DNA of 64,000 bases from Tubiluchus corallicola (Eukaryota; Animalia; Priapulida): the NCBI GenBank assembly GCA_030141605.1, contig JAQGDQ010000086.1:491418-555417 (forward strand). Reading direction: 5' to 3'. Made by a program: the position numbers and the translations under genes. Of this stretch, positions 1 through 13,316 are shown in pieces; the first letter of the stretch is position 1, and each line of letters begins with the position of its first letter. The notes below the pieces were generated by a model. It did not search any database. It saw only the letters and a list, made by a program, of their open reading frames with translations, and was not told the origin of the DNA.

Positions 1-258
1 TATCCCTGTTTCTTAATGAGATAGTGACAGAAATTGATTGAAAGTGCAGGAAAAAGAAAGAAGGGAGAGAAGGAAGTATGGAGAGAGATACGCGACAGTG
101 AAAAGTTGAAAAAGTAAGATGAAAAAGAATTGGGGCTAAACAGGAGATGAAGCAAAGAAAATACGAAAGCAGGAAAGAAGGTACAAAATAATACAGGTAG
201 AAGTCAGTAAGGTGTTTTACGCATAGTATATATAGTACTACGGTATGGTACTATGATA

Positions 259-304
259 TACACACACACACACACGCACACGCACACGCACATGCACACA
301 CACG
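259..304. repeat. (CA)n/(CACG)n microsatellite
   Basis: Direct reading; explains the HT/CV-repeat ORFs at 251-505. Confidence 0.9.
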
Positions 305-754
305 CATATACACTGTTTGCGAAATTATATCTCCAGAATTGTAATAACTATTTGCACATTTTTTACATTTACATAACACAGCAAAGGCTGAGCCACTTCT
401 TATTCCAGACAGTCTACATCTTTTTGAACATTTTATACACAGTGAAATTGCCTTATGTCTACGGAGCTTGATAACCTCTATATAGATCATATGGCAGCCA
501 GCCATCTTAACTGATTAAAGCAGCATGTGAAACTCAACATGTCAACTGGCGAAGGGCGATAATTATTTCTAAACTATACCAGTATGCTTCAGTTGCTATC
601 AAGACAGAGGCACTGAATGACAGACAACGGCCTGAACATTGAAGCTTTGAGCTTTGTGGCTCTGAAGACATAGTAACCTCCTCAATAAAGATAACAAATT
701 TTATTATGAGATGTATTCTTGAGAAAGACAGAGAGACAGAAACAAAAGAAGACG

Positions 755-756
<2 letters not shown>

Positions 757-819
<63 letters not shown>
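757..819. repeat. (GA)n microsatellite inside a purine-rich tract
   Basis: Uninterrupted GA run; explains the ER/SL-repeat ORFs. Confidence 0.95.
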
Positions 820-825
<6 letters not shown>

Positions 826-3499
826 CGACAAAGAGAGAAAGAAGGAGGTAGAAAGACAGCCAGAGAAAGAAGTTAAAGCCATTAGGCCTCTGAGTAGGCC
901 AGCATGCGTTTGCATAATAGACAAATTGTAAAGAAACTATATAAGCTTACAGAAATCTGACAACTAGTTTCATCTGCTTAAAATGAAAATGAAACATAAT
1001 AAGTGAAGTCACCATGTCCTCAAGCAAGGCCCTTCTCTCGCTATTCGTAAATTTTTGCAAAGTGCTGCAGCTGTGCACGATATTTGGATGCTTTTAAAGT
1101 GCAACTTAAAAGCCGATCAAGAAGTCATTAATCCTGAGAGAAAGTTCGGTCTGAATGCAAGTGGTAAACCATTTAAAATAGTGCCACCATTTATCAACTG
1201 CCAAAGTAGTGGTTTTTTCCACAAAGCAATGGTTCGAACTCACAAGAAAAGTTCAGTATTAAGCTTGAGAGTTTTTCTTAATCAGTAAAAACGAATTTAA
1301 TAATCACTTTACTTCAAGAAGCCATTCGTCATTGGCGCTACTAAAAGGAGTCATTCATGGTACTTGGTGATTATGCTTGGGTTGCCAGAACTCGGAAAGG
1401 GAGAGGCAACTTAATAATACGTGAAGGACATGGAGTCGTCTACTATCGTGCAAACGAACTGACTACATTAAATTTTCATCTCAATTATGTTCCCCTAGGC
1501 GGTGTCAAGAGACCTTTTCTGATAAACACACACAGAATTTAACCAGCTATAATATTTAATGGGCAAGCCATAAATACATTGATAGCCTGTGGGTTATTTA
1601 TTGTACAGTATCAACTAATACAAATTACAAATCAACAACTACCCCTGAAAAGTATATGCCAGCTTTAATTAATTATCCTGACAAGTATATAAGCTGTCAC
1701 TGTATCTTATTCCCTACTTTCTTTGCTAACATCCCTTTTCACTTCACCTCCTGTTTCGTTTGATGTTTATTATTAGAATACGCCTACAGAGGTAATGTAT
1801 CTCATACTCCATACTATTTTTAGTATAATTAAGCTGATTATAATCCACTGTATTTTTTACTTTCCTGTTTCGAAACCTGTTTGTTTATTGAGTTTTAGGT
1901 GAAGTTCGATGGAATCTGGCCTTTCGTTTCTTGCTAGATGGTTTTTCTCTTTAATTTGAGTGTGTTCTATTGCTAGATGTTTTCTGTAGATCTATATCTA
2001 CATTGGTTTGTTTACTGGGCTGTTTACTGACATACTGAGTGAGTGAATGACGAACCAATTTTCTTTGAATTAAGTTACTGCACAAATGCCATTTCTCTTG
2101 CATGTTGGCATGCGCAGTTGGGTAGCTGGACAGTGTGATACGCCTTGCTAGCAGTGCTCCTAATCACACCCCACGTGAGCATAAGCCAACGATATACGCC
2201 CAAGCGTATAATTAGACCTATCCTTAAACAGCCTGACTGAATCTGTCATGACCAGATCAATACTGGCTAAGCTAACAGATAATTATAAAGAGTAGTTTTC
2301 ATCTATCCCAACTGATTCGGCTGAGTAAAACTGTGATAGAGTGCAATGAATTATAGTGATCGTCGTCGTCATCATCATCACATTCGTTCACCAACAGCAC
2401 CATCAATATCATTGTTATCGCCACAATGATAGGATAATTCAACCACCATCACGCATTTACTGACAGTTTTGTAATTGCTTCGAGTAATTGTAAAATTTTA
2501 GTAGAAAGGGATCCGTGATTTCACCTTGAATAACACCGTAACACAGTGTTACGCGGCACTAACAACGAAACACAGCCAAATATTGCAAATTAGCCATGAC
2601 CTTCCTCAATCAGCGACTTTCCTGAATTTGCTTTGAATCATGACTGAAACTAGCGTTGCCACTCCACGCAAAAAAAAAACACGACGAAAATTGATTCTGA
2701 TGAAGTAGCCTGAGCCGCAAGGAAAAACTCGCAGCAAGTGGTGAACGTGGATCTAAAATTAATGCAATTTCAATTTGTCGCCGCTCGTTTGGAAGCTTAT
2801 TGGATTTTCAAATTTTCATCTATCAGCGTTTGAGAATTCAGTGTATAAATGTGTGTGAATTTCAGCAACTCCGTTCAAATACAGCAGTCAGGATGGCGAC
2901 TCAGAATAAGGATTGACATCGGGGATGTAAGTGACTTAATAGCATTGCATCACTGGTTGCGAAATTCAGGAGCAATGAAAAGGAAAAGGGAAATATCAAC
3001 AGAAGGTGTAAAAAACCCTGCTATTTATCAAAGAAGATCGCCTGTTCGACCAAATACAACAACGAGCGCACCCCGGGACAGCTCAAGGGCCTTAAACTAC
3101 AGTATTTTTGACAGAATACAGCTTTCACGTTTCACATTGCACTTATCTTTAAGAATAATCTCTGTGTGTATTTAGAGAGTACAAAAATCGATATGGTGAT
3201 GAAATGTTAATGAAAATGATTGAAGACTTTGCTTTAGCAAATGCCGATGGCATTGAGTTGAAGAGTCAGTAGAAATGTGAGACACTGAAGATAAGAGTTT
3301 GCACAGACCCTTATGACGGGAAAAAGTAAATTCATGCAGAAGTACAATGCCATTGATTATATCAGGCAAAAGCTATTAACTTCATTCAGAGAAGCAATGC
3401 ATAGGAAATTACTGCAAAAAAGCAATTGGGTTCGGTAATGTGGAGAAAATTGGGAAGTAGAGAATCACGCGCGAGAAGGGAAGAGGGGGATATCTAGGT

Positions 3500-3980
3500 G
3501 GAAAAGTGACAAATGGGAGGGAGAGAGAGTGGAGCAGATAACATATAGGCATGACAGAATGGATCTAATACAGAAAAAGAAATACAGTTCTCCATGGATG
3601 GGAAGGATAACGAAAAAGCAGAAGGAAAATCTGGCGGTTCTGGGTCAGTAAGTGGAACAGACAGGCAATCAGACAAAGTGAGAGACTGAGATAGACAGAT
3701 ACATCGAGAGGGCAGAGAGAGAGCGGGAGTAAGAGAAGGAATAGAACAGACAGAGAAGACAGCGAGAAAGAGAAATAGAGCGACAGAGAAAAAGAGAGCT
3801 AGAAAGAGGAGAAAATAGACAATGAGGAGAAATAGGAAAACAGCGAGAAAGAGAAGTAGAGTGAGAGAGAAAAGCAGAGAGAGACAGAGGAGAAATAAGA
3901 AGACAGCAAGAACAGAAATAGAGCGAGAGAGAAAAACAGAGCAGAGGGGAAATGAAACAGTGAGAAGAAATAAGACAAAC
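3500..3980. repeat. GA-rich low-complexity tract (decayed microsatellite)
   Basis: Nearly pure A/G on the plus strand, with recurring agagaaa/gacaga words. Confidence 0.8.
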
Positions 3981-4875
3981 AAACTCTTGTCCTAAAGTTA
4001 ACTATCTACACAGGTAAACCCGAGAGTGTACTACAGTAGTCAACAGCCGTATGGATTTACAGGCTACTGTAGATGAAGCCAAACAGCAACTGTTTTTGCA
4101 AAGTGTCTAAACTGCCTGGAGCGGCAGGTGGCGGCACTAAACTTGTCTTTTGAGCTTAGCAAATCTATTTACAAGAAGCCACACAGCTGCAGTAAATATG
4201 ACAAGAAAAGAGAGGTGTCGAAATTCAATACCAGGACGCCCTTAAGGTGCCTGCGTTGTCTGACCATCATACATGTTAACATGTACGTGTTAAGGAAACT
4301 CGTGTTTAAGTAGATACTTACACAGCGTATGCTCTTTGCCAGGAACAAACAAGAGTTAAATGAAACAATGAAAGTAAATTGTTCATTTTGTATTATTGAC
4401 TGCAAGGGAAAGGAAATATTTGATGTCCATGGCATGTACTGCAACCACCCTACTGAACTTGAAAAGGGAACAAGTGATTAACCATATATGTAGTTAAATT
4501 GCGATATCACTTTTCACAGCCATCAGATTTTCTTGTTAAATCTCGATTTTTTTCATGTTATTCAGCATGCTGTCAACAAGAGAGTCTAAAACTAATGATA
4601 AATTGTTGCGAGACCCCAAATTTATCTCATTCTCAAGGATAATCTTCCAGGATGAGACAGTGAACAGAGCTACATCCACCCTTAGTGAGGTAAATAACTG
4701 GCAGCAGTTTCACAGATTCAACTGCTAGGAAGCGGTCACCTATCCACTTGCAAGCCGGACTGTAAAAATGAGCAATCCATTGGAAAAATCATCAATTCTT
4801 TCGTATTCAACTCATGGAACACGTCATATGCAGTTTCTGTTTGTTTTTTTATTCATATCAAAAATGACAAACCAG

Positions 4876-5140
4876 CAAGATCTGTAACAGTGTAAAACAT
4901 CAGTGCTTTCTGTACCTCAAGATCTGTAACAGTATAAAACATCAGTGCTTTCTGTACCTCAAGATCTGTAACAGTGTAAAACATCATTGATTTCTGTAGT
5001 TCAAAATCTGTAACAGTGAAAACGTCGATGATTTCTGTACCTCAAGATATGTAAAAAGGTAAACAGCTGTGCAGTCTGTACTTCATAAGATCTGTAACAG
5101 TGTAAAACAACAGTGGTTTCTGCACCTCAAGATCTGTAAT
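4876..5140. repeat. 42-bp minisatellite, about 6 copies
   Basis: Unit caagatctgtaacagtgtaaaacatcagtgctttctgtacct recurs near 4876, 4918, 4960, 5002, 5043, 5086 and 5128. Confidence 0.9.
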
Positions 5141-6634
5141 AACGTCTTTCAGCTTTGTTTTATAGTTACATCAAGATCAAGAATTTGATTCGGTTCTGTA
5201 ATGGAGTAAACCAGCCGAAATTTCAGTATGTTGACGCAATATAGTAATTTAAAAATATATTTTAGAACTGTGATTCACATCTGCAAAGTACTAAACTAGC
5301 TGATTTTAATTCAGATATGCAGTACTTAAAACAACAGCAATCCTTTCAGCTGTACTTTCAGTTTTTCTATAGAAATCAAGGATGGATTAATGCCTTTGAA
5401 CAGTCTACGCGCGCATAATTTCAAGAATAGCATCTCTGTTGTGAAAACTGGCCACTTTTGCATCCTGCTCTCAAAAATGCATCCTAAAAATGTCATAGCA
5501 ACGGATCAATTTACCAAACAACAAATCCAGTGTATGAAACGCTTGCTGTGCAGTGCATAACAAACCCGTCAGCAGTGCCACAATCTAGCGTTAAATCGAT
5601 GATGCAGAAACCATTCAGCCAATACTACGATTTCACATACACAGCCTATGCTTTAATACCGCAGATTTGCATTTCCCGCATATAATACCATCTAATCCAC
5701 GTAAGCTGATAGCTGGGAGCCTGGCGTTTGTGACAAGCTCCGTTGTCTGCGCAAATTCATCGTCCCTCCAGTCTGCTTTCTAGAGATGCTGCTCTCTCTC
5801 TCGGCTACTGTAGTCATCAGAACTATCGCTGTTGTTGCTGGTAGTATTACTGCTATTGCAGCAGTTGCTGCTACTGCCTCGCCCACATAAGTTTAGCGAA
5901 CGTGTTATAACAGTTATCATTTCTCTGCACCATACATCAGTTTACATTGTAATTATGAAATACTACTAACCCCATCTGCAACTCACACTAACTATTAGTA
6001 ATATATTGTTAATTTTTTTCTTACTAATTCTAGTGGCCTAACAAAAACTAGCTTCTTAGTTCTTTAGTGCAGAATTAATGAATTGTATCCTAACTTTGTT
6101 GTATTAACAAAAAATTGATTATCAATGTACTTGCAATGCATAAGTATTTGTTTACTGTGAAGTAAATCTATTGAATTAAAAAAAACATAATCTTGGCATT
6201 CAAGAATTAATGCTCATCTGACCATCTAGCCAAAATATACGATTGATATTGTTGTTGTTACGGTGGTGACGGTGGTACACGCAACGACTAATTCATTGCT
6301 AAAAGTTGCACAAGTGAAAATTGCAGCAATTTTACTAGTGAACCAAAATCGTGCGCGCAGGCATGAAATTTTAAATTGTGCAACTTCAGGTATAGGTATT
6401 GAAGCTTTGCTTATGTTCGTCCATTATTAATTCTCAAAAGACAGAGAACCGTGGGAAATATTGTACCCACCCAAGGACTAGCCAGCGTTTACTGAAAGAG
6501 CAATTTTACAAACCTATAACGACTTATGGGCTCATTCGAGTTTTTACATTTTTTTATTATTGGATTGGTCCAATTAGGGTTGATGAACTGTTGAGTTATT
6601 TTTCCATGCTTAATGGTTTTTTTCTCACGCTTAA

Positions 6635-7217
6635 AGGAAAACCGGATGATTGTGTAAACATTATAAACATTAGCTCAGAATAAAGAATGCTCTAAAATAT
6701 TGAAAACTACAATAGTTTTTTTTCAAATCAAAGCTTAGACTAAATAATAATTACCTCGGATACTCAAATTTCATTAGACTTTCAAAGCTACGCCCGGCTC
6801 AATGAATCCACTAAGATTGGCAACGGTGCCTTTTTGTCACAATCGCGTGGCCGACAAATAGAAGCGGTACCGTGATAGCCATGATCATGAACTGCAGTGT
6901 TAGTTTCTGACGTTATATGACATAGAGCCCATTTTACATCATACGACCATCATAGAGCCCATATGACATCACGCGTTTAAGCAATACGGTAACACTTACG
7001 CAAACGTGCTTGACGCGCAAGGGAAGATCCCTACCATTGCACAAACTGTGGTTAGTTTCTGACGTAAGCAATAGCTGTGTTCGATTGCCGTTAATTAACT
7101 TTCTAAGCTAATTATTCAAATATAAGAAACAATTGCTAACTTTTATGGGCAAGAAAATGTATATTTTGGACAGTAAATTAAAATAAGATTGAGTCTAAGC
7201 AATCGTTCGGTTGTTCT
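6635..7217. mobile_element. TTAA-flanked non-autonomous DNA transposon (Kolobok-like MITE)
   Basis: ttaa|aggaaaaccgga...ttcggttgttct|ttaa: TTAA on both sides, AG..CT ends, short imperfect TIR resembling the 42857 element. Confidence 0.6.
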
Positions 7218-7235
7218 TTAACTAATATGTTTTGA

Positions 7236-7456
7236 ATAAAAGTTGCACAACTAAAAATTGCATGTCTGCACGTTCACGTTGAACACAGTACACTACAAAA
7301 CATTGCGCAACTAAAAGTGAGCCCAGTTAGATTGTGATTTTTAATTGCACAATTTTAGTTGCGTGTAATCTGCGAGCTCTCAAAGACTTGTATTATTTAC
7401 AGATTTTCCAACTTTCAATTGCACAACTAAAAATTGCATGGCTGTGCGGGGCCTTG
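7236..7456. mobile_element. Fold-back MITE remnant (PIF/Harbinger-like); related piece at about 6280-6390
   Basis: Repeated ttgcacaactaaaaattgca words in both orientations, ending ...gtgcggggcc. Confidence 0.45.
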
Positions 7457-7531
7457 CAGTAATGTCGATTGGACTGGTACGATATGGTCAGATTTTTTAA
7501 ATAAATTATATTGGACTTCGAGGGCATAGAT

Positions 7532-7700
7532 GATGATAATAAAAAATGATTAAATTATATATTAAAGCTATTAAAACACAATTGAGATAATTTTGAAGTT
7601 TAGCATGTCTACCAAGATGATAATAAAAAATGATTAAATTATATTAAAGCTATTAAAACACACAATTGAGATAATTTTGAAGTTTAGCACGTCTACCAAA
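7532..7700. repeat. 84-bp tandem duplication
   Basis: gatgataataaaaaatgattaaa...gtctaccaa occurs at 7532 and 7616. Confidence 0.9.
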
Positions 7701-8094
7701 TACATATATAAGTCTGCCTCAGTTTATGATACCAAGTGGAAATAAAGCACCGCGTCTTCAAGTTACGTGCTTTCAAACTAGTGAACGATATTTAAGACAT
7801 GCGCCTGGTCACAGCAATAGATCTGTCATTCGCAAATCTTAGTTTCAACAGAAATAAAACAGCTACAACAGCCAACGAAAATATAATTTTATTTAATACA
7901 TGTACTACCATCAGCCTAAACGTTTGGCATTTTCGGTTCTTCAATATTTATTTGTAAATTTGAGTAACTAAAGCATTTGTTTGCCATTACCTATTCTATT
8001 ATTTGTATTTAGGGCTGACGTACTTGCTACTGATGACGGCAAACGTAAAATGCTGAAACATTCAGACAAAATGACAGAATAAACAATCTTGAAC

Positions 8095-8160
8095 CAGTGT
8101 TCGAGATCGTCACCCATCCATTTACCACTCAAGCTAGCACTACTTTTAATGCTTCGATGA
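8095..8160 (-). mobile_element. 5S-rRNA-like (SINE3-type) fragment; second copy at 12898-12950
   Basis: Both sites share tcgtcacccatccatttaccacycaagctagcact. The reverse complement contains TGGATGGGTGAC, similar to 5S box C (TGGATGGGAGAC). Confidence 0.4.
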
Positions 8161-9961
8161 TGACATGATGACATTCTCGGTGACGGTTGTAGCAAATGTA
8201 TATTATCAATTTTCGTACTTTTTCTTCCTAACTATAGCCCTTTCAATTCAATCCATTTTTATTAAAATAAAATCCACATAAAATACAAATACAGTGCTAA
8301 AATGAAATGAAATACAATGAAATGAAAATTACAAGAGTAAATATATATATAGGGTTCGTAAACTAAAAGCTAAATAAATTTTAGAGGCTAATTATGTAAT
8401 AATTCATTCCATTTCACAAAAAGCAAGAGTTGACGAGTCTATGTGAGCTTAATAATAGCAGTTATAATACTATTCACCCACGTGGGCCACTAGCTTTGAG
8501 GGCGGCATGTATTTTTTAATAAAATTGCCACTCCGCACACCGTGATCCAGTACTCAATGACAGTGCCTACTCATAACTACACCAGGACAGGTACAGAACA
8601 TCCAGAGACACTGGTCCACCAGAGACGTCTCAGCAAATTTTGGGTGTGCATACATCCCCAATCGTCGACTCGGGGAGCTTACAAAAAAATGAGCGAAATG
8701 TAGAACATTTCAGTGAATTATGTACAACATTTAGTTTTGCAAATGCTCAGTTTTCAGAAGTAGCCGACGAAGTCAAGTTTAACGGGTCGGACGTCTAACA
8801 GCAGGAAAATATTTAACTGAAATCTTGTAAACGCTGCCAGCGAACTGATTCGACTCCACAAATTATCTGTCAGTTGAGCTAGATACTGGTCTAATTGTGC
8901 TGTCTGGTATGCGAGCTGTGTATACTACTTCCAATCTTGTGGCTGCAAACTTTTGCTCCGTTTCACTGTCCGAACTGGAACAGTTTCTTTCTCTTTCGTC
9001 ACTCCCTTTCTCACCCAAAAGCAAAGAATTGATGTGTACGACAACATTTACCTTACGAAATGCTCCCCCGATTAAATTTAATCATAAAACTCGTTGATAA
9101 ATGACAACATTTCTGAAATTCGGTCAAAAACTGAAGAATTTGTGAATAATAGTTACAGTATTTAACCTTAAATACGACACGAAACTTTCGTCTCAAGGAC
9201 AATTTCGCTTTCACTGATTTCACTGTTTAATTTCCTAGAAGTCAAACATCACGTCAATTAAAACAGTTCCCCATAATTTGGTCGTAAAGTGAGCTTAAAA
9301 TTTGTTTCAAGGTCATAATAAATGCTTCATTGACTTCGCCATGATGAATGCCTAAGAATTCCATTTCCTTTCAGTGAAATCAGCACTTGTCACGTTTTGA
9401 CCTGTGACCCAGATTCAGGGTCAGGGATCTTCCAATATCGGGTCAAGCTACACCATTCAATTTGTCCCAGCGAGACCTTTAATTTGATACACAAATTATT
9501 GTTCTGCAACATGGGAAGAATGTCTGCGCTCGACCCACCTACTTTCAGTTTTCACCCCTTAGCGAAATATTTTCTCATATGCTCATGCAAAAGAACTCGC
9601 TCTCACATATTTTCCTCAGAGATCAAAATTTGTGGTCCTAGCTCAAAAATTGTAGGAACATACACAACACAACGATGAAAGAAGCCCATTCCATGACTTT
9701 TTTCGGTCGACATTCTCGGATTCTCGGGTCAGATATAAACATACTGTACTTTAAGCGTGCTCTGTTAGTTTAGTGTCTCTAGTCCTCTGCGAATAAAAGG
9801 TCATTAAAAGTATGAACTCTGGATTAGTATTTTGGTCTTTCCTCGGACGTTCAAAGCTTCCCAGCTTTTTCAAACCGAAGTGCAAACCTATCCCAGAATG
9901 CCTAAATAACGGTGAAAATATTGAAAGGAACTGAAAGCCCAAGGAGATGAACAGTAATGGT

Positions 9962-10872
9962 GAGAACGTAGGCAAAAATGGCACAGGAAAAAATGGCACA
10001 AATGGAAAAGCAGGTAAAAATGGCACAGGAAAAATGGCATAAATGGAAAAGCAGGTAAAACGGCACAGGAAAACATGGCACAAATGGAAAAGTAGGTAAA
10101 CATGGCAAGGAAAAATCGCACAAATGGAAAAGTAGGTAAAAATGGCACAGGAAAACATGGCATAAATGGGAAAGCAGGTAAAAATGGCACAGGAAAACAT
10201 GGTACAAATGGAAAAGTAGGAAAAATGGCACAAATGGAAAAGCAGGTAAAAATGGCACAGGAAAACATGGAACAAATGGAAAAGTAGGTAAAAATGGCAA
10301 GGAAAAATGGCAGGGGAAAATGGCACAAATGGAAAAGTAGGTAAAAATGGCAAGGAAAAATGGCAGGGGAAAATGGCACAAATGGAAAAGTAGGTAAAAA
10401 TGGCGCAGGAAAACATGGCATAAATGGAAAAGCAGGTAAAACGGCACAGGAAAACATGGCACAAATGGAAAAGTAGGTAAACATGGCAAGGAAAAATGGC
10501 ACAAATGGAAAAGTAGGTAAAAATGGCACAGGAAAACATGGCATAAATGGGAAAGCAGGTAAAATGGCACAGGAAAACATGGTACAAATGGAAAAGTAGG
10601 AAAAATGGCACAAATGGAAAAGTAGGTAAAAATGGCACAGGAAAACATGGAACAAATGGAAAAGTAGGAAAAATGGCACAAATGGAAAAGTAGGTAAAAA
10701 TGGCAAGGAAAAATGGCAGGGGAAAAAGGCACAAATGGAAAAGTAGGTAAAAATTGCGCAGGAAAACATGGCATAAATGGAAAAGCAGATAAAAATGGCA
10801 CAGGAAAACATGGAACAAATGGAAAAGTAGGAAAAATGGCATTTTTTCCTGTGCCACTTTTACTGCAGACCC
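9962..10872. mobile_element. Fold-back-type element filled with an ~870-bp compound tandem array (42-bp higher-order unit)
   Basis: Array of aaaaatggcacaggaaaacatggcayaaatggaaaagyaggt. The right end inverts (attttttcctgtgccac). aatggt directly flanks both ends (9956-9961, 10873-10878). Confidence 0.75.
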
Positions 10873-11767
10873 AATGGTAAAGCTGACCGACGCCCAATGC
10901 CCTTGGTCCTCTGACTAGAGGTTATTGCTGAATCTTAGTTGCCGTTTGCAGCCTAATAACGAAATGTTTCAGTGCTTCAAGTGATTAGAAGCCAATTTCA
11001 GTGGCGAGTCATCCTGAGCTGCACGTAACGTTTGCCTGTTGAAAAATTCACAACTATGCACTTCTCGCATCATCGTTAAATAATCGTAAAACTTCTAAGA
11101 ATAATTTCTTCACTTGTCTAAGTGCTGAGCCAGCGTTGAAATTACTTCAGCGACTGCAGAAACTCTAGAACAAACGGAAAAAGTTCAGGCAACGGACATA
11201 CTATGCAAGGGAACCTGGGAGTATATATTACTCGATGAGGTTGCGTTCAGTACAGCACAACTCACTATTTCTTTGTTTAATAGATATGAGTAGCCTATAC
11301 TGGCCAACAGCTAATGAATACGTGACTGATGGCTAGTAGTATACCATGAAATTAAATAAACCACGCTTTTTGCAGTGAAATCTAGTATATTTTTGCTTTT
11401 CAATATATATCAAAATTTCGACATTACCTCTTTTTTTAATACGTAGATAAATTATTTACTTAGTAAATTCTGTTTTGTTTTCAAAATGAAATGATACAAA
11501 ACCCCCCATTTTCAGGGTAAGAGTGCACTAATACATACAAAAACTACATATTAAAGCTCAAGATACATGTATACCCATACGTACTTACATATATAAATAT
11601 ATATAATAAAATTAATACAGAATGAGTATATTAACTAATACGCTTTCAATTTTTAAGATTATTATCTGGTAATTTTGAAAGTGTTGCAAAATTAGTTAGA
11701 TGTCGTACGACACTAGTTTTTTAACTGAGATCTCGTGAACAATATCAATGAAGGCTGCACATGGAGA

Positions 11768-12185
11768 TACAGGTGTTCTAAATTTAGTGAAGGTAAAACG
11801 TTCTGCATAAAAGATTTAGCGTTGTGCGAAATCAAAGGGCAGCCAAATACTAAATGTAGACAAAAGTAAAATAAGCACAATCTTAGATTAAAACTCTATT
11901 CAAATTTCTTTCTTCCAAATAAACTTACAACAACCATCTCCCTATCACATTGAAATTTGAAGCAACGGAAGAGGACGTCAGAAGGGTTTCCCTAATATTT
12001 CTGTCACTTTCTTTGTGTCTGCATTTTCTAATTAATTTGCCAGTGATAGGAGCTTCTAGTAGGGATTTAGCATGAAAACTGGCACAATTTTTCAAGAAGA
12101 GTTTAAAAGACTTTAATGTGATAAAATTATTGGTATATGTGCTTGTTACGTTTGTTAGTGCTCCGTTTCTTTTGGAACACCCTGT
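11768..12185. mobile_element. Tc1/mariner-like MITE; related internal sequence at about 23375-23615
   Basis: tacaggtgttc...gaacaccctgta ends with TA flanks. Extra tacagggtgttc termini near 12248 and 12292. The interior (gcacaatcttagatt...tcagaagggtttcc...ctggcacaatttttcaagaagagttt) recurs in VDAC intron 7. Confidence 0.6.
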
Positions 12186-13025
12186 AGTTTTAATTTTTAC
12201 ATTGCATTTTACAGAGTAATAATATGCAAAATGTAAAAAATTAAAAGTACAGGGTGTTCCAAGCGAAATTAATACTACTCTCTAAAAAAAGTACAGGGTG
12301 TTCTGAAAGAAGCACTGCACTAACTGCAATAATGCATTTTTCACGGAAACATTAATTCTGTATTTAAAATTTTTATCCAGTTAACGTCGTTTTCCGAAAC
12401 GTCTATAAGAGTTTAATGTGATATTAGGCTGAGACCATTATGAAAATGCTGTACAATAGCATAGTTGACAATTAAAATAGTCCCGATTAAACAAGGCCCT
12501 TCGGTGTTCTCTAAGCATTATGGCTGGCTATTTGGCAAAACTCAATAATCCTTACACGTTTTTGACACCAAAGTTAAACATGAGCAGAGAGTGAATAAAA
12601 CACCCAATGTAAATTTTTTGATGGGCTTTCCATTAAAAAAATCATGTTTGCCTGAGTTTCAAGTTGAAAAATAAATTAGCTATCATTTTTGCAGACATCT
12701 GGGCACCCTGCAGGCCCGCCACTACTGTTGCATGTATGGTTGTGGCTAAACTGGAACTGTGTGTTTGTCAATAACTATTCTTCAATATGGTACACTGAAC
12801 TGGGGACAGGCGTCCTCAGCCACATTCAGTCATGGTCATGTATTCACCTACATATCTGCATAACAGAAATAATCGGAGTCTTGATCCAGCTTGATCCTGG
12901 TCGTCACCCATCCATTTACCACCCAAGCTAGCACTGTTTTTAACTTCGCACCTAGACATTCAAGCAGAGATTTACGACGTCTGTATTACATCTTCTAGCA
13001 ACCGTTGAACCAAACCGCATGTAAG

Positions 13026-13316
13026 CAGGGCTGGACTAGTATAGGCTGGGGCCTAAGGCCCCTCAAACTTGGTGGCCCAAGGCTTGAGGGGCCTTGTTAA
13101 TAAATGTTCAAATATTTTTTTAATATGAACAATAAATTAGTATTTTGCATTGCTGAATCCAATTATAATTTATTATAATAATTATTATTAATTATAATTA
13201 AAATTTCAATTATAAAAGAGAAGACCAGGAGCTATTATTTGAGATAAAGTGCCCGTGTTGAGGAGGCCACACATTACATAGCTTAGGGGCCCTCAAATGG
13301 TCATAATCCTGCCTTG
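13026..13316. mobile_element. hAT-like MITE
   Basis: cagggctgga...tcctgccttg ends; 8-bp TSD catgtaag/cgtgtaag; internal GGCCCC motifs. Confidence 0.75.

Noticed and set aside
2670-2712. Possible BK exon (minus strand GYFIRI, similar to YFFIRF)
   Set aside because: The match covers four residues only, flanks do not resemble Slo S2, and no suitable splice sites are present.
3494-3982. 162-aa hydrophobic membrane-like ORF
   Set aside because: Reverse complement of a GA-rich low-complexity tract.
4876-5140. CRISPR-like repeat/spacer pattern
   Set aside because: The variable parts are diverged copies of one another, so this is an ordinary minisatellite.
9751-10897. Three long overlapping minus-strand ORFs (307-368 aa) and a collagen-like GK-rich plus frame
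   Set aside because: All frames are open only because the repeat unit lacks stops. Frequent 1-nt indels break any single frame, and the Gly spacing is not a strict G-X-Y.
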